NCBI GenBank assembly: GCA_036478655.1
Contig: JAZGEG010000010.1
Location: 1 to 29,548, forward strand
DNA from: Candidatus Aenigmatarchaeota archaeon
GTDB taxonomy: Archaea > Aenigmatarchaeota > Aenigmatarchaeia > QMZP01 > QMZT01
Length of the DNA stretch: 29,548 nt
Direction: 5' to 3'
The notes beneath the pieces are model-generated. The model was not told the DNA's origin. It did not search any database and worked only from the letters and a program-made list of their open reading frames with translations. Every line of letters starts with the position of its first letter. Within the stretch, counting starts at the first letter, position 1. Made by a program: the position numbers and the translations under genes. Below are positions 7,418-15,693 of the stretch, in pieces.

Positions 7418-8635
7418 TCATAGATCCACATTCCCTTCCCCCGGCATGTTTTGAGGTTTTAGGGCGCTTGGCTCTTTTTCTGGGAATTCTTGTCGCTTGT
7501 AATGTTCTTCTAATTTTTCAAGGGCACTGTGACGGATTTGATTTGCCCTTTGTCTTGATAGCTCCATTATTTTTCCAATTTTTTCTAGCACATAATCATG
7601 AAAATGATAAAGTTCTATAGCTCCTTTTTCTCTTTCATCTGTTAAAGTAGAAAGGGCCTCCAGAACCATTTTCTTGGATTCCTTCGAAATGTACAGTTCT
7701 TCCGGATCTTTAGGTTCTTCCATTAATGATGCCTTGATACCGTTTTTTACTAATATCGGTTCATATGATTCTTGGTCCTTAACTGAGAATCCTGTTTCAT
7801 GCGCGTCCGTACCGAATAAATCTCCAACTTCTTCCAGAGAAAGTTCTATTGAATGTTCTCCTCCATTCAAGAAACCTTCATATCCTTCCCGGGACATTTT
7901 GGGTATCAGGCAGTATGGTTTGGTTTCACCAGGATCCTTTATTTCCCCTTCAAGTTCAAAAATATTTACTGGTTCACTATCCAGAGATTCTATCTTAATT
8001 AGATTTATAATTTCAAAAATTTTTTCAACTTTTTTTCTTGCTGATCTAATTAATTTTCCACCTGTCCCTTTAATTTCAATCGTTTCAGTAATTTCTTCTA
8101 TATTTGGATCATGCTCAAGTTTATGGAATAGGTATTTGCATGACTTTTCTAGTCTTGTAACACGAGACAGAAGTTTTTGGGGGATATGGACAATTAATCC
8201 ATTCTCATTTGTTTCATCGATAGCTTTTCTAATCCGCTGTCTTGCGTAAGAACCTAATTTTACTCCTATATCCGGGTCAAAATTTTCCAAACCTGCAATC
8301 GATCCTACTGCACCCCCCTGCTTAAGATCATCAAGTTCTGGTGTTATGAATTCACCCATTCCGCAGTAATCATATCGCCTTCCGGAAAATAACTTATGAA
8401 CACCCTCAGCTATACTATCTGCAAGACCCTGTAGGTCTATTAACATGGCTTTCCGAATTTGTTCTTCAGAGAGTCCAGCATCTTTTCTTACCTCTCTTAT
8501 ATTATAATTAAATCTTTGCAAAGCCCATCCGTATATTCTTGATATTTCATTGCGACTTGATTCAGGATTTTGTTTCACGTAAGCCAAAAGTTCTTTATGC
8601 CTCCCATTCCAATATTCATTACCATATTTCGGCAT
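7418..8635 (-). CDS. Sigma-70 family protein, FliA/WhiG (sigma28)-like, with an N-terminal extension and an insertion between regions 3 and 4
   Basis: Region 2 is DDLKQGGAVGSIAGLENFDPDIGVKLGSYARQRIRKAIDE (compare the FliA pattern DLxQxGxIGL...xD...GxxFxTYAxQRIRGAxxDE). Region 3 is IVHIPQKLL...LEHDPNIEEI...ESLD. Region 4 is EALSTLTDEREKGAIELYHFHDYVLEKIGKIMELSRQRANQIRHSALEKL. The match is recognised from memory of the family, not from a search. Confidence 0.82.
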   Translation of the reverse strand: MPKYGNEYWNGRHKELLAYVKQNPESSRNEISRIYGWALQRFNYNIREVRKDAGLSEEQIRKAMLIDLQGLADSIAEGVHKLFSGRRYDYCGMGEFITPELDDLKQGGAVGSIAGLENFDPDIGVKLGSYARQRIRKAIDETNENGLIVHIPQKLLSRVTRLEKSCKYLFHKLEHDPNIEEITETIEIKGTGGKLIRSARKKVEKIFEIINLIKIESLDSEPVNIFELEGEIKDPGETKPYCLIPKMSREGYEGFLNGGEHSIELSLEEVGDLFGTDAHETGFSVKDQESYEPILVKNGIKASLMEEPKDPEELYISKESKKMVLEALSTLTDEREKGAIELYHFHDYVLEKIGKIMELSRQRANQIRHSALEKLEEHYKRQEFPEKEPSALKPQNMPGEGNVDL

Positions 8636-8638
8636 TTT

Positions 8639-8683
8639 ATCACTTTTTAATTACAAATTGATAATAAAATCTATATTTATAAA
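8639..8683 (-). promoter_or_regulatory. TATA-like box and archaeal-style SD upstream of the sigma-like gene
   Basis: On the minus strand, TTTATAAATA lies at 8683-8674 and AGTGAT at 8644-8639, just before the ATG. The AT-rich tract is nearly symmetric, so the TATA orientation is ambiguous. Confidence 0.35.
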
Positions 8684-8693
8684 TAAACCAGGC

Positions 8694-9098
8694 TCACTCG
8701 AATACCCGGACGCTCACGTTTCTCGTTCTCGGTCCGTCAAGCTCCACAAAGAACAGGTTCTGCCATGTCCCGAGGTTAAGGGATGAATTCTCGATCGGAA
8801 GGACAAGATAGGGCTTTATTATCGAGGATATTATGTGGGCGTTCGCGTTCCCTTCCCCCAGCCTGTTGTGTTCGTATTTCCCCTCCCTGGGGATGAGCCT
8901 CAGGATGGTTTTCCTGAAATCCTCCAGGAATCCGCTCTCCTTCTCGTTCATTATCAGGCACGCGGTCGTGTGCGGGGTGAAAACAAAACACACCCCGTCC
9001 TTGGCCTTCGATCCCCTCACTGCCTCCTCAACTTTATCCGTTATTTCAAAGAGATCAAAAGTCCCGCTGGTCTGGATCGAGAAGGTTTTTGAAAGCAT
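8694..9098 (-). CDS. yjbQ: YjbQ / UPF0047 family protein (secondary thiamine-phosphate synthase)
   Basis: Motifs HTTACL..NE, YEHN, NANAHI and LGTWQNLFFVELDGPRTR. Confidence 0.93.
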   Translation of the reverse strand: MLSKTFSIQTSGTFDLFEITDKVEEAVRGSKAKDGVCFVFTPHTTACLIMNEKESGFLEDFRKTILRLIPREGKYEHNRLGEGNANAHIISSIIKPYLVLPIENSSLNLGTWQNLFFVELDGPRTRNVSVRVFE

Positions 9099-9140
9099 GA
9101 TATTTATAACGAATTTAAGTAATATATCTATCTGATTGTT

Positions 9141-9959
9141 ATGAAAGACGGGTGGAAGTTCTTTATCGGTCTTGGCGCGGGCGTTGGGGTTGTTGTGATA
9201 GTGATGATGCTCTTGCTGCTGTCCTCAGGGATCAGTTTCGGGAACAAGATCGCGGTCATAAACATCCGCGGAACAATCACCTCGAGCCCTTCTTTCCTGA
9301 TCGAGAGCATAACCCCTGATGACCTTTTTTCCCTTATAAAAAAGGCCGAGGATGACCCGAGTGTGAAGGGGATTCTCTTCGAGATAAACTCGCCCGGCGG
9401 GTCTGTTGTAGCCTCGAGGGAAATCGCATATGCGGTCAAAAACATGGAGAAGCCCACATTATGCTGGATGGGTGATATCGCTGCGAGCGGGGCGTACTGG
9501 GTCGCTTCCTCATGCGATTACATTATGTCGGACCCGCTGAGCCTGACCGGATCGATAGGCGTCACGGCCTCTTATCTCGAGTTTTCGAAACTGTTTGAGA
9601 AATACGGGGTCACATACGAGCAGATAACCTCAGGGGAGCGGAAAGATATCGGAAGCCCTTTCCGGAACCTCACGGAAGAGGAGAGGGAGAAAATCGAATA
9701 CCTAACATCCGAAATATTCGATTACTTCCTGAGGGATATAGTAGCTAACAGGGGTCTCACAGAAACGCAGGTCGAGCAGATAACCTCAGGTGACATCTTC
9801 CTCGGGAAGGATGCGATCGGGCTTGGACTGATCGATTCAGTGGGGACGATCCAGGACGCGAAAGAAAAGGCAGAGGAGATGGCCGGGACCGAACAGGCGG
9901 ATTTCGTGACCCTGAAGAAGAAGGGAATTGGCCTTTTTGATCTGTTGGGGATGCTGTAG
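9141..9959 (+). CDS. sppA: Signal peptide peptidase SppA (peptidase S49, short type) with an N-terminal TM anchor
   Basis: Motifs INSPGGSVVAS, AASGAYWVAS, TGSIGV, SGERKD and GDIFLG..A..LGLID. Confidence 0.93.
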   Translation: MKDGWKFFIGLGAGVGVVVIVMMLLLLSSGISFGNKIAVINIRGTITSSPSFLIESITPDDLFSLIKKAEDDPSVKGILFEINSPGGSVVASREIAYAVKNMEKPTLCWMGDIAASGAYWVASSCDYIMSDPLSLTGSIGVTASYLEFSKLFEKYGVTYEQITSGERKDIGSPFRNLTEEEREKIEYLTSEIFDYFLRDIVANRGLTETQVEQITSGDIFLGKDAIGLGLIDSVGTIQDAKEKAEEMAGTEQADFVTLKKKGIGLFDLLGML

Positions 9960-9968
9960 AACCGATGG

Positions 9969-9987
9969 AATATAACAGTGTTATATT
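9969..9987. terminator. Inverted repeat between the convergent sppA and gltX genes
   Basis: AATATAAC-agt-GTTATATT, perfect 8-bp arms with a 3-nt spacer, in a 31-bp gap. A terminator role is a guess. Confidence 0.35.
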
Positions 9988-9990
9988 TAT

Positions 9991-11655
9991 CTACTTGTGC
10001 GCGAAGTAAACCACAACTTCCTTCCGGTTATTCGAATCAACCCTTCCGAACCCGATCCTCTCCATCTGGATGAGCGTGTTGGGTTTCAAAGTCGCTAGTT
10101 CCGGTTCCCCGATACCTTCAAGCTTTCCATCCTTTCTCGCTATCCTGACCTTCACATTCGGCTCGCTCACCCACTGTATCTTGGGCATCTCCTTTATGAG
10201 CAGATCATCCGTGAACCTGGGCTTCCTTCCGAGGGTTATGTTGTATAATCCTTTCAAACGGATGAGCTTGCCGTTTAGTTCTTTATAATCCTCTTTCGAA
10301 ATATAGATCTTCGAATGGTTCAGGGAAATTTTCTTCTTTCCTCTGTCCGCGTGGTCAGGATGCAGGGGTTCGAAAACTTCGCGCTTCACGGGGGCGGAAC
10401 CTATCGAGAGCTTGACTGGATCTATCACAACCATGTAGCGGTTCGCTGTGGAGTCTATTATCTTCCTGTTCTGCGTGTCGAGGTTTTCCCAGCTCAGCTC
10501 GATATCATTCTTGCTCAGTCCGCACTGCATGGCAAGCGTCTTTATGGCCTCCGGCTGGAAGCCCCTTCTCAGGAGCGAGCGTATCGTAGGGAGACGGGGG
10601 TCGTCCCAACCTGACACCTTTCCTTCGGAAATCATCTCTTTGATGTCCCTCGTGTGGATCTTCTCCTCAGGGAAGCGGATCATCCCGAAGTTTATCACAT
10701 CCGGGAATTCCCATTTGAAAACGTCCGCTATTGATTTCTGAACAGCGGTGTTGTGCTCGTGCTCCTTCCCGCGTAAGACGTGAGTGATCTTCAAATCATG
10801 GTCATCAACAGCGCAGGCGAAGTTGTACAGAGGCCAGACCGAGAACTTCGTTCCCTTCAATGGGTGGGAAGCCTTGTTTATCCTTAAAAGTGGAGGATCG
10901 CGAAGGACGGGGTTCGGGTTACCCATTTCCCCTTTCAACCGCAGGACGGCAGAACCTTCCTCGAGTTTCCCTGAGACCATGGAATCCCAGAGCTTGATGT
11001 TTTTTTCTTTCCCATTCTGCCTGCACGGGCATTCCTTTTTCGAAAGCTTGTATTTCTTGAAATCCTCCGGCCTGCAGGAGCATACGTACGCCTTCTCCTT
11101 CTCTATCATCTCTTTCGCATGCTTGTAGTAAAGTGAAAGACGGTCCGACTGTAAAACAAGGATATCCCATTTGGTCCCCATGCGAAGCAAATCTTCCTTG
11201 ATCCATTCATACGCCTTGGGCTCGATCTTCCTCGCGTCCGTGTCCTCCACGCGGACGATGAACTTCCCCCTGTACTTCTTCGCGTAGGCATGGCTCAGGA
11301 AGACGGCGCGCATGAACTGGCCTATTGAAAGCGGACCGGTAGGGGACGGGGCGAACCTCGTTTTCACCTTCCCCTCCTTTGCTCCCGGAAGATCGGAGAG
11401 CCCCTCTTCCTTCTTTTCTTCTTTCTCGAGCATTTCAGGAGCGATGTCTTCGAGGGATTTCCTTTGCTCTTCCAGGCTCATGAGGTTGACCTCTTTAACA
11501 GTCTTCTCAACAAGCGAGCGGACTTCTTTCACATTCGATCTCGCCTCCGGGGACTGGGATATCACCTTCCCCAGAACAGCGGAAGGATTTGCCTTCCCTT
11601 TGTAGAATACCGCATTCTGCAAAGCGTATTTGAAAACCAGGTCTCGGAGTCTCAT
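9991..11655 (-). CDS. gltX: Glutamate--tRNA ligase (archaeal type)
   Basis: Archaeal N-terminal helical extension, TRFAPSPTG, RVEDTD, Zn site CSC...CPCR, WPLYNFACAVDDH, ITHVLRGKEH, GWDDPRLPT and C-terminal QMERIGFGRVD. Confidence 0.96.
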   Translation of the reverse strand: MRLRDLVFKYALQNAVFYKGKANPSAVLGKVISQSPEARSNVKEVRSLVEKTVKEVNLMSLEEQRKSLEDIAPEMLEKEEKKEEGLSDLPGAKEGKVKTRFAPSPTGPLSIGQFMRAVFLSHAYAKKYRGKFIVRVEDTDARKIEPKAYEWIKEDLLRMGTKWDILVLQSDRLSLYYKHAKEMIEKEKAYVCSCRPEDFKKYKLSKKECPCRQNGKEKNIKLWDSMVSGKLEEGSAVLRLKGEMGNPNPVLRDPPLLRINKASHPLKGTKFSVWPLYNFACAVDDHDLKITHVLRGKEHEHNTAVQKSIADVFKWEFPDVINFGMIRFPEEKIHTRDIKEMISEGKVSGWDDPRLPTIRSLLRRGFQPEAIKTLAMQCGLSKNDIELSWENLDTQNRKIIDSTANRYMVVIDPVKLSIGSAPVKREVFEPLHPDHADRGKKKISLNHSKIYISKEDYKELNGKLIRLKGLYNITLGRKPRFTDDLLIKEMPKIQWVSEPNVKVRIARKDGKLEGIGEPELATLKPNTLIQMERIGFGRVDSNNRKEVVVYFAHK

Positions 11656-11699
11656 AATCAGATATTTAAGCAGGGGAAATAAAAATTAATTGTGATTTC

Positions 11700-11837
11700 A
11701 TGAGGTTCGATGAGAAATGCAAGAACTGCGTTTTCTTCAAGGGGAACGTGCCATCAATGGTTGACTGCGCAAACAACGACGGGTCTATATGGAACCCGGA
11801 GGAAAGGGCGTGCGACAACTTCTCGAAGAAAAAATAG
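11700..11837 (+). CDS. Small 4-Cys protein (45 aa), probably metal-binding
   Basis: Hand translation: MRFDEKCKNCVFFKGNVPSMVDCANNDGSIWNPEERACDNFSKKK*. GTGA SD just upstream and TATTTAAG about 30 nt upstream. It fills an otherwise empty gap divergent from gltX. Confidence 0.65.
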   Translation: MRFDEKCKNCVFFKGNVPSMVDCANNDGSIWNPEERACDNFSKKK

Positions 11838-11902
11838 TTTTACTTCTTCTCCACTGAAAAAAGGAGAAACGGGATTTTAGGATTTCCCCTGCAAAGTCCA
11901 CT

Positions 11903-12727
11903 CTATTTTTTGATAGTTATGTAATAATTGACGTACGAGGAATACGCGAACAGCGTTAAGTAAGCTGTGAAAAATGTTCTTAGAATAAAGAAAGAAAGGC
12001 TCTGAAAAGACAACACCGAATATTGGCCTGCCACGAAAATGAAAACGGTCTCCGGTATTGAACTCGCCATCCATATTACAATGAAAATCACGAAGTAAAT
12101 TATAAGAAAAATGAACGTGTTCAGCTTGTTTTTCATGATGAGATTCCACGATTTCTTTATTGAATCCATAGGCCCTGTTTTCTCTAGAACGCAAAAAATG
12201 GGGGCTAGAAATATCGTGAACATCACGATTGCCCCTATTATTGATCCTATGAAAAACCAGATCACTCCTATTACCAGCAATATGTTTGTTTGTTGCGCAA
12301 GAAAGGAGAAAATGATGAAGAGGAACGCTCCTCCAAAACAAGCTGCGAATATTAGTATTATCACGATTGATGTTAACATCAGGGAGAAAAATCTCCCCTT
12401 CGCGATCTCGAAACTCTCGAGGATTGATCTCCCCTTCCCGTTGTAAAACCACATAGAATTGTCGAAATACATGGCCATGAGGAAAATCCCTATAAGCCAG
12501 CTTATGATTGTGACGGGCGCCAGGTAAATCATGTAAGAGGTGAATGTTCCAATAATCTCTGCTACCACAATTCCTTCCACCACGCCGATATCCCCCAGGA
12601 AATAACCTGTCAGGAACCAGATTGGCAGACCGAAAATCAGGGTGAATGCGAACAGCAGAAAGTAAACATCCTTTCTAAGAGGATACTTTAAAGCGGGGCC
12701 GAAAACCTTGCCGAAATCAACTGCCAT
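11903..12727 (-). CDS. Polytopic membrane protein (about 6 TM), function unknown
   Basis: About six long hydrophobic segments, an N-terminal 'FGKVFGPALKY' motif and 'GPMDSIKKSWNLI', as seen in uncharacterised archaeal membrane families. Confidence 0.8.
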   Translation of the reverse strand: MAVDFGKVFGPALKYPLRKDVYFLLFAFTLIFGLPIWFLTGYFLGDIGVVEGIVVAEIIGTFTSYMIYLAPVTIISWLIGIFLMAMYFDNSMWFYNGKGRSILESFEIAKGRFFSLMLTSIVIILIFAACFGGAFLFIIFSFLAQQTNILLVIGVIWFFIGSIIGAIVMFTIFLAPIFCVLEKTGPMDSIKKSWNLIMKNKLNTFIFLIIYFVIFIVIWMASSIPETVFIFVAGQYSVLSFQSLSFFILRTFFTAYLTLFAYSSYVNYYITIKK

Positions 12728-12757
12728 GGTTTATATTTATATCGGGCGGTTTAAATA

Positions 12758-13570
12758 ATGTCTAAGATTGACATGAAGATAACGTTTCTCGGAACCGCCG
12801 GCGGACGGATAGTTATAATGACGCAGATGCGAGCGTCGGGGGGATTCGTTCTCGAAATGGATAACGAACGAATACACGTAGACCCTGGTCCAGGAGCGCT
12901 CGTCCGGGCAAAGCAGTACGGCGTCAAGCTGCGAAAACTAACGGGTTTGATAGTTTCCCACGCCCACCCCGATCACTACACGGACGCGGAGATGATAATC
13001 GAATCAATGACCGATGGAACTCGAAAGAAGCGAGGGGTTCTGACAGGGAACGAATACGTGATAAAGGGGGGGAAGGATTACAGGCCAGCGATTTCCCCCT
13101 TCCATCTGAAACTCCTAGAAAGATACGAAATCCTCAAGCCGGGAGGGAAAACGAAAATAGGGAATATTGAGATAACCGCAACCCAAACGAAACACGGGGA
13201 GGAGAAGGCACTCGGATTCGTTTTCAAGGGATCTAAAACCTTGGGATACACAGGAGACGGGGAGTATTTCCAGGGGCAGGAGAAATATTTCAAAGGGTGC
13301 GATTATCTGCTTCTTAACGTGCTCAGATCTAGGGGAACTAAATGGCCTGAGCACATGAACACGGAGCACGCAGCGAAGCTCGTTTCGAAGGTCAGGCCCT
13401 CCCTCGCGGTCATACAGCACTTCGGAATGCTCATGCTGAAGGCGAACCCCGAAAAAGAGGCGACGTGGATAGAAAAACAAACGGGCGTGAGAACGATCGC
13501 CGCCCGCGATGGCATGACAATAGATTTTGAGAAAAGTTCGGAACACGGTCTGGATAAGTGGATTAAATAG
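12758..13570 (+). CDS. MBL-fold metallo-hydrolase
   Basis: Motifs FLGTAGG, VDPGPG, SHAHPDH, TKH, YTGDG, EH and QHFG. Confidence 0.92.
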   Translation: MSKIDMKITFLGTAGGRIVIMTQMRASGGFVLEMDNERIHVDPGPGALVRAKQYGVKLRKLTGLIVSHAHPDHYTDAEMIIESMTDGTRKKRGVLTGNEYVIKGGKDYRPAISPFHLKLLERYEILKPGGKTKIGNIEITATQTKHGEEKALGFVFKGSKTLGYTGDGEYFQGQEKYFKGCDYLLLNVLRSRGTKWPEHMNTEHAAKLVSKVRPSLAVIQHFGMLMLKANPEKEATWIEKQTGVRTIAARDGMTIDFEKSSEHGLDKWIK

Positions 13571-14057
13571 TCTTCAGAAATCCCTCTATCTGTTTTTCCC
13601 ATTCCTTCCCCGTGTCAACCACGAAATGCTTCTCTCTTACGGGCTCGAATTCCTTTTTGATCTTCATGTAAATCTCGAAATCAGCGTCGCTCGGGGTTTT
13701 TTGTTTTGTCCGTTTCCCCATCCTTTCTTTCAGGATTTCCTCATCACATCTCACTTCCACCACGTGGAACTCGCTGTCCGTCTTTTTAGCCATTTCCTTA
13801 ACCCTCTTTCTCAGTTCCTTTTTGTAAAAAGTCCCGTCAAGGACCACGTTCTTCGCGCTCTTTAGGAATTTCTCCGCCATCTCGAAAAGCAGGTCGTAAA
13901 CCAGCGACTTCTCTTTCTTGGTGTATTTTGGTTTTCCAAACAGCTCTTTCCTTATGATGTCCGTGTTGAAAACAAAGGACTTCGTTTTATCCGCTATTTT
14001 TTCCGCAACCGTTGTCTTCCCTGTCCCGGGCAGACCGCACACCAAAATCAGCCTCAT
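13563..14057 (-). CDS. P-loop kinase-like protein (AAA_33 / predicted nucleotide or sugar kinase)
   Basis: Walker A GLPGTGKTT, DIIRKEL, VVLDGTF and a LID-like RMGKR...SDAD. Confidence 0.85.
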   Translation of the reverse strand: MRLILVCGLPGTGKTTVAEKIADKTKSFVFNTDIIRKELFGKPKYTKKEKSLVYDLLFEMAEKFLKSAKNVVLDGTFYKKELRKRVKEMAKKTDSEFHVVEVRCDEEILKERMGKRTKQKTPSDADFEIYMKIKKEFEPVREKHFVVDTGKEWEKQIEGFLKTI

Positions 14058-14115
14058 GATTATCTCTTGTTTTGAAATATAAAATATTTTTAAACACTAT
14101 TTTCAACAATACCGT

Positions 14116-14445
14116 ATGGCAACAGTAGATAATTTTCTGAAGCTTGATATAAGGGTAGGGAGGATCATAAGCGTAAAGGATTTCCCAGAGGCGAGGAAAC
14201 CCTCCTACAAGCTAAGGGTTGATTTCGGAAAATACGGAATCAAAAGATCTAGCGCCCAAATTACCAAGTTGTATTCGAAAGAGGACTTGATGAACAGGCA
14301 GGTTGTTGCCGTTACGAATTTTCCTCCCAAGAAGATAGCGGATTTCAAATCCGAGGTTCTGGTTCTTGGAGTAATGTTGGAGGATGGAAAAATCGTTCTC
14401 CTCCAACCTGATAGAGAAACACCATTGGGCTACAAAATCGCGTAA
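14116..14445 (+). CDS. csaA: CsaA export-related chaperone / tRNA-binding OB-fold protein
   Basis: LDIRVGRI, FPEARKPSYKL.VDFG, SSAQIT, NFPPKKIA, SEVLVLG. Confidence 0.9.
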   Translation: MATVDNFLKLDIRVGRIISVKDFPEARKPSYKLRVDFGKYGIKRSSAQITKLYSKEDLMNRQVVAVTNFPPKKIADFKSEVLVLGVMLEDGKIVLLQPDRETPLGYKIA

Positions 14446-14446
14446 A

Positions 14447-15649
14447 CTACCTCATCTTGTCCTTGTCCACAACTTCTCCCGGGAGTGTCGAAAGCCCGGG
14501 CCAGATCTTCCTCCCCGGATAGATCGAGGTGTTTATTGCTGTCCGGACGTTGTCACCTATGAACGCCCCGAGTTTCGTAAGACCTGTTTCAACCCCTTTC
14601 CCTTTGACTATCGTTGTATGCGTTTTGCTGTCGTGGCGGTAGTCAGCTGTCACTGTTCCAGCCGCGATGTTCACGTTCTCCCCTATCACCGAGTGACCTA
14701 TGTAGCAGAAGTGTTTCGCCGTGGTCCCGTCCATTATCACCGAATTCACGGCTTCCCCGCGAAAGCGGACGTTGTTTCCGATTGTCGTGTTCGGCCTTAT
14801 GTACGCGTTCGGACCGATAGTGCAGTTATCCCCGATAAAGACAGGGCCCTCTATGTACGTCCCTGACTTCACAACAGTGAGTTTTCCGACGTGAACATTC
14901 CCCTTTATCGTGACGTCCTTCTCCGCCTCGCCCTTCATCTCGCTCTTCGTGCCCGCCAGGAGTTTCCGGTTGAGTTCAAGGATATGCCAGGGGTATACCA
15001 CAGAAATCCACTCCTTTGTGTAGAAACACCTGATCCTAAGCCTCTTGATTATTTCCTTCAAGGCATCCGTTATTTCATATTCGCCCCTCGGGGAAGGCTT
15101 GAGGTTTCGAGAGATGTCAAAAACCCTGTCGTTAAGAACGTACAGTCCTGTGTTCGCCAGGTCTGATCTTGGATCCTTGGGTTTCTCTTCAATTCCCTTC
15201 AAGAATCCCCCCTCGGTCAGGAATATCCCGTGTTCTTCGGGGTTGTTGGTCTTTTGGCCCAGAGCAGAGATCCCGTATGACACGCATTTCTCGATCGCCC
15301 CTCTCGGGTAAAGATTGTCTCCCATAAGAACAAGGAATTTCTCCTCATTCTTCACAAATTTCTCCGCATGCAGGAGGGCGTGAGCCGTTCCCTTCGCCTC
15401 CTTCTGCTCAGCATACCTTATCCTAATGTTTCCATAGCTGTTCCCGAGGACGTTCCTTATCACGTCCTTCCCGTGGCCGACCACGATTATCGCCTCATCA
15501 ACGATCCCGTCCAGGTTGTCCAGGTTGTGCTCAAGTAGCGTTTTCCCTGCCAGCGAAAGGGAGGGCTTCGGCCTGTTCACGGTCAAGGGATACGTCCTGG
15601 TCGATCTGCCGGCACATAAGATAACAGCTTTCATAAGACCTTTTTTCAT
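14447..15649 (-). CDS. glmU: Bifunctional sugar-1-phosphate nucleotidylyltransferase / acetyltransferase (archaeal GlmU-like)
   Basis: AVILCAGRSTRTYPLT..RPK, GTAHAL, ANTGLY, SPRGEYEITD and a C-terminal hexapeptide-repeat domain (IGPNAYIRP, GHSVIG, KLGAFIGD). The start is the ATG at 15649 or 15634 rather than the track's 15676. Confidence 0.85.
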   Translation of the reverse strand: MKKGLMKAVILCAGRSTRTYPLTVNRPKPSLSLAGKTLLEHNLDNLDGIVDEAIIVVGHGKDVIRNVLGNSYGNIRIRYAEQKEAKGTAHALLHAEKFVKNEEKFLVLMGDNLYPRGAIEKCVSYGISALGQKTNNPEEHGIFLTEGGFLKGIEEKPKDPRSDLANTGLYVLNDRVFDISRNLKPSPRGEYEITDALKEIIKRLRIRCFYTKEWISVVYPWHILELNRKLLAGTKSEMKGEAEKDVTIKGNVHVGKLTVVKSGTYIEGPVFIGDNCTIGPNAYIRPNTTIGNNVRFRGEAVNSVIMDGTTAKHFCYIGHSVIGENVNIAAGTVTADYRHDSKTHTTIVKGKGVETGLTKLGAFIGDNVRTAINTSIYPGRKIWPGLSTLPGEVVDKDKMR

Positions 15650-15693
15650 TTTCGGTTTTTTAAATGTTAATAGCAAGGGTTAAACGAATTAGT

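Noticed and set aside
7674-8249. 191-aa ORF opposite the sigma-like gene
   Set aside because: It has the Ser/Ile/Phe-rich composition typical of an antisense shadow.
11877-12452. 191-aa alternative-frame ORF on the same strand as the membrane protein
   Set aside because: It is almost entirely nested in another frame of a gene with coherent TM architecture and shows no motifs.
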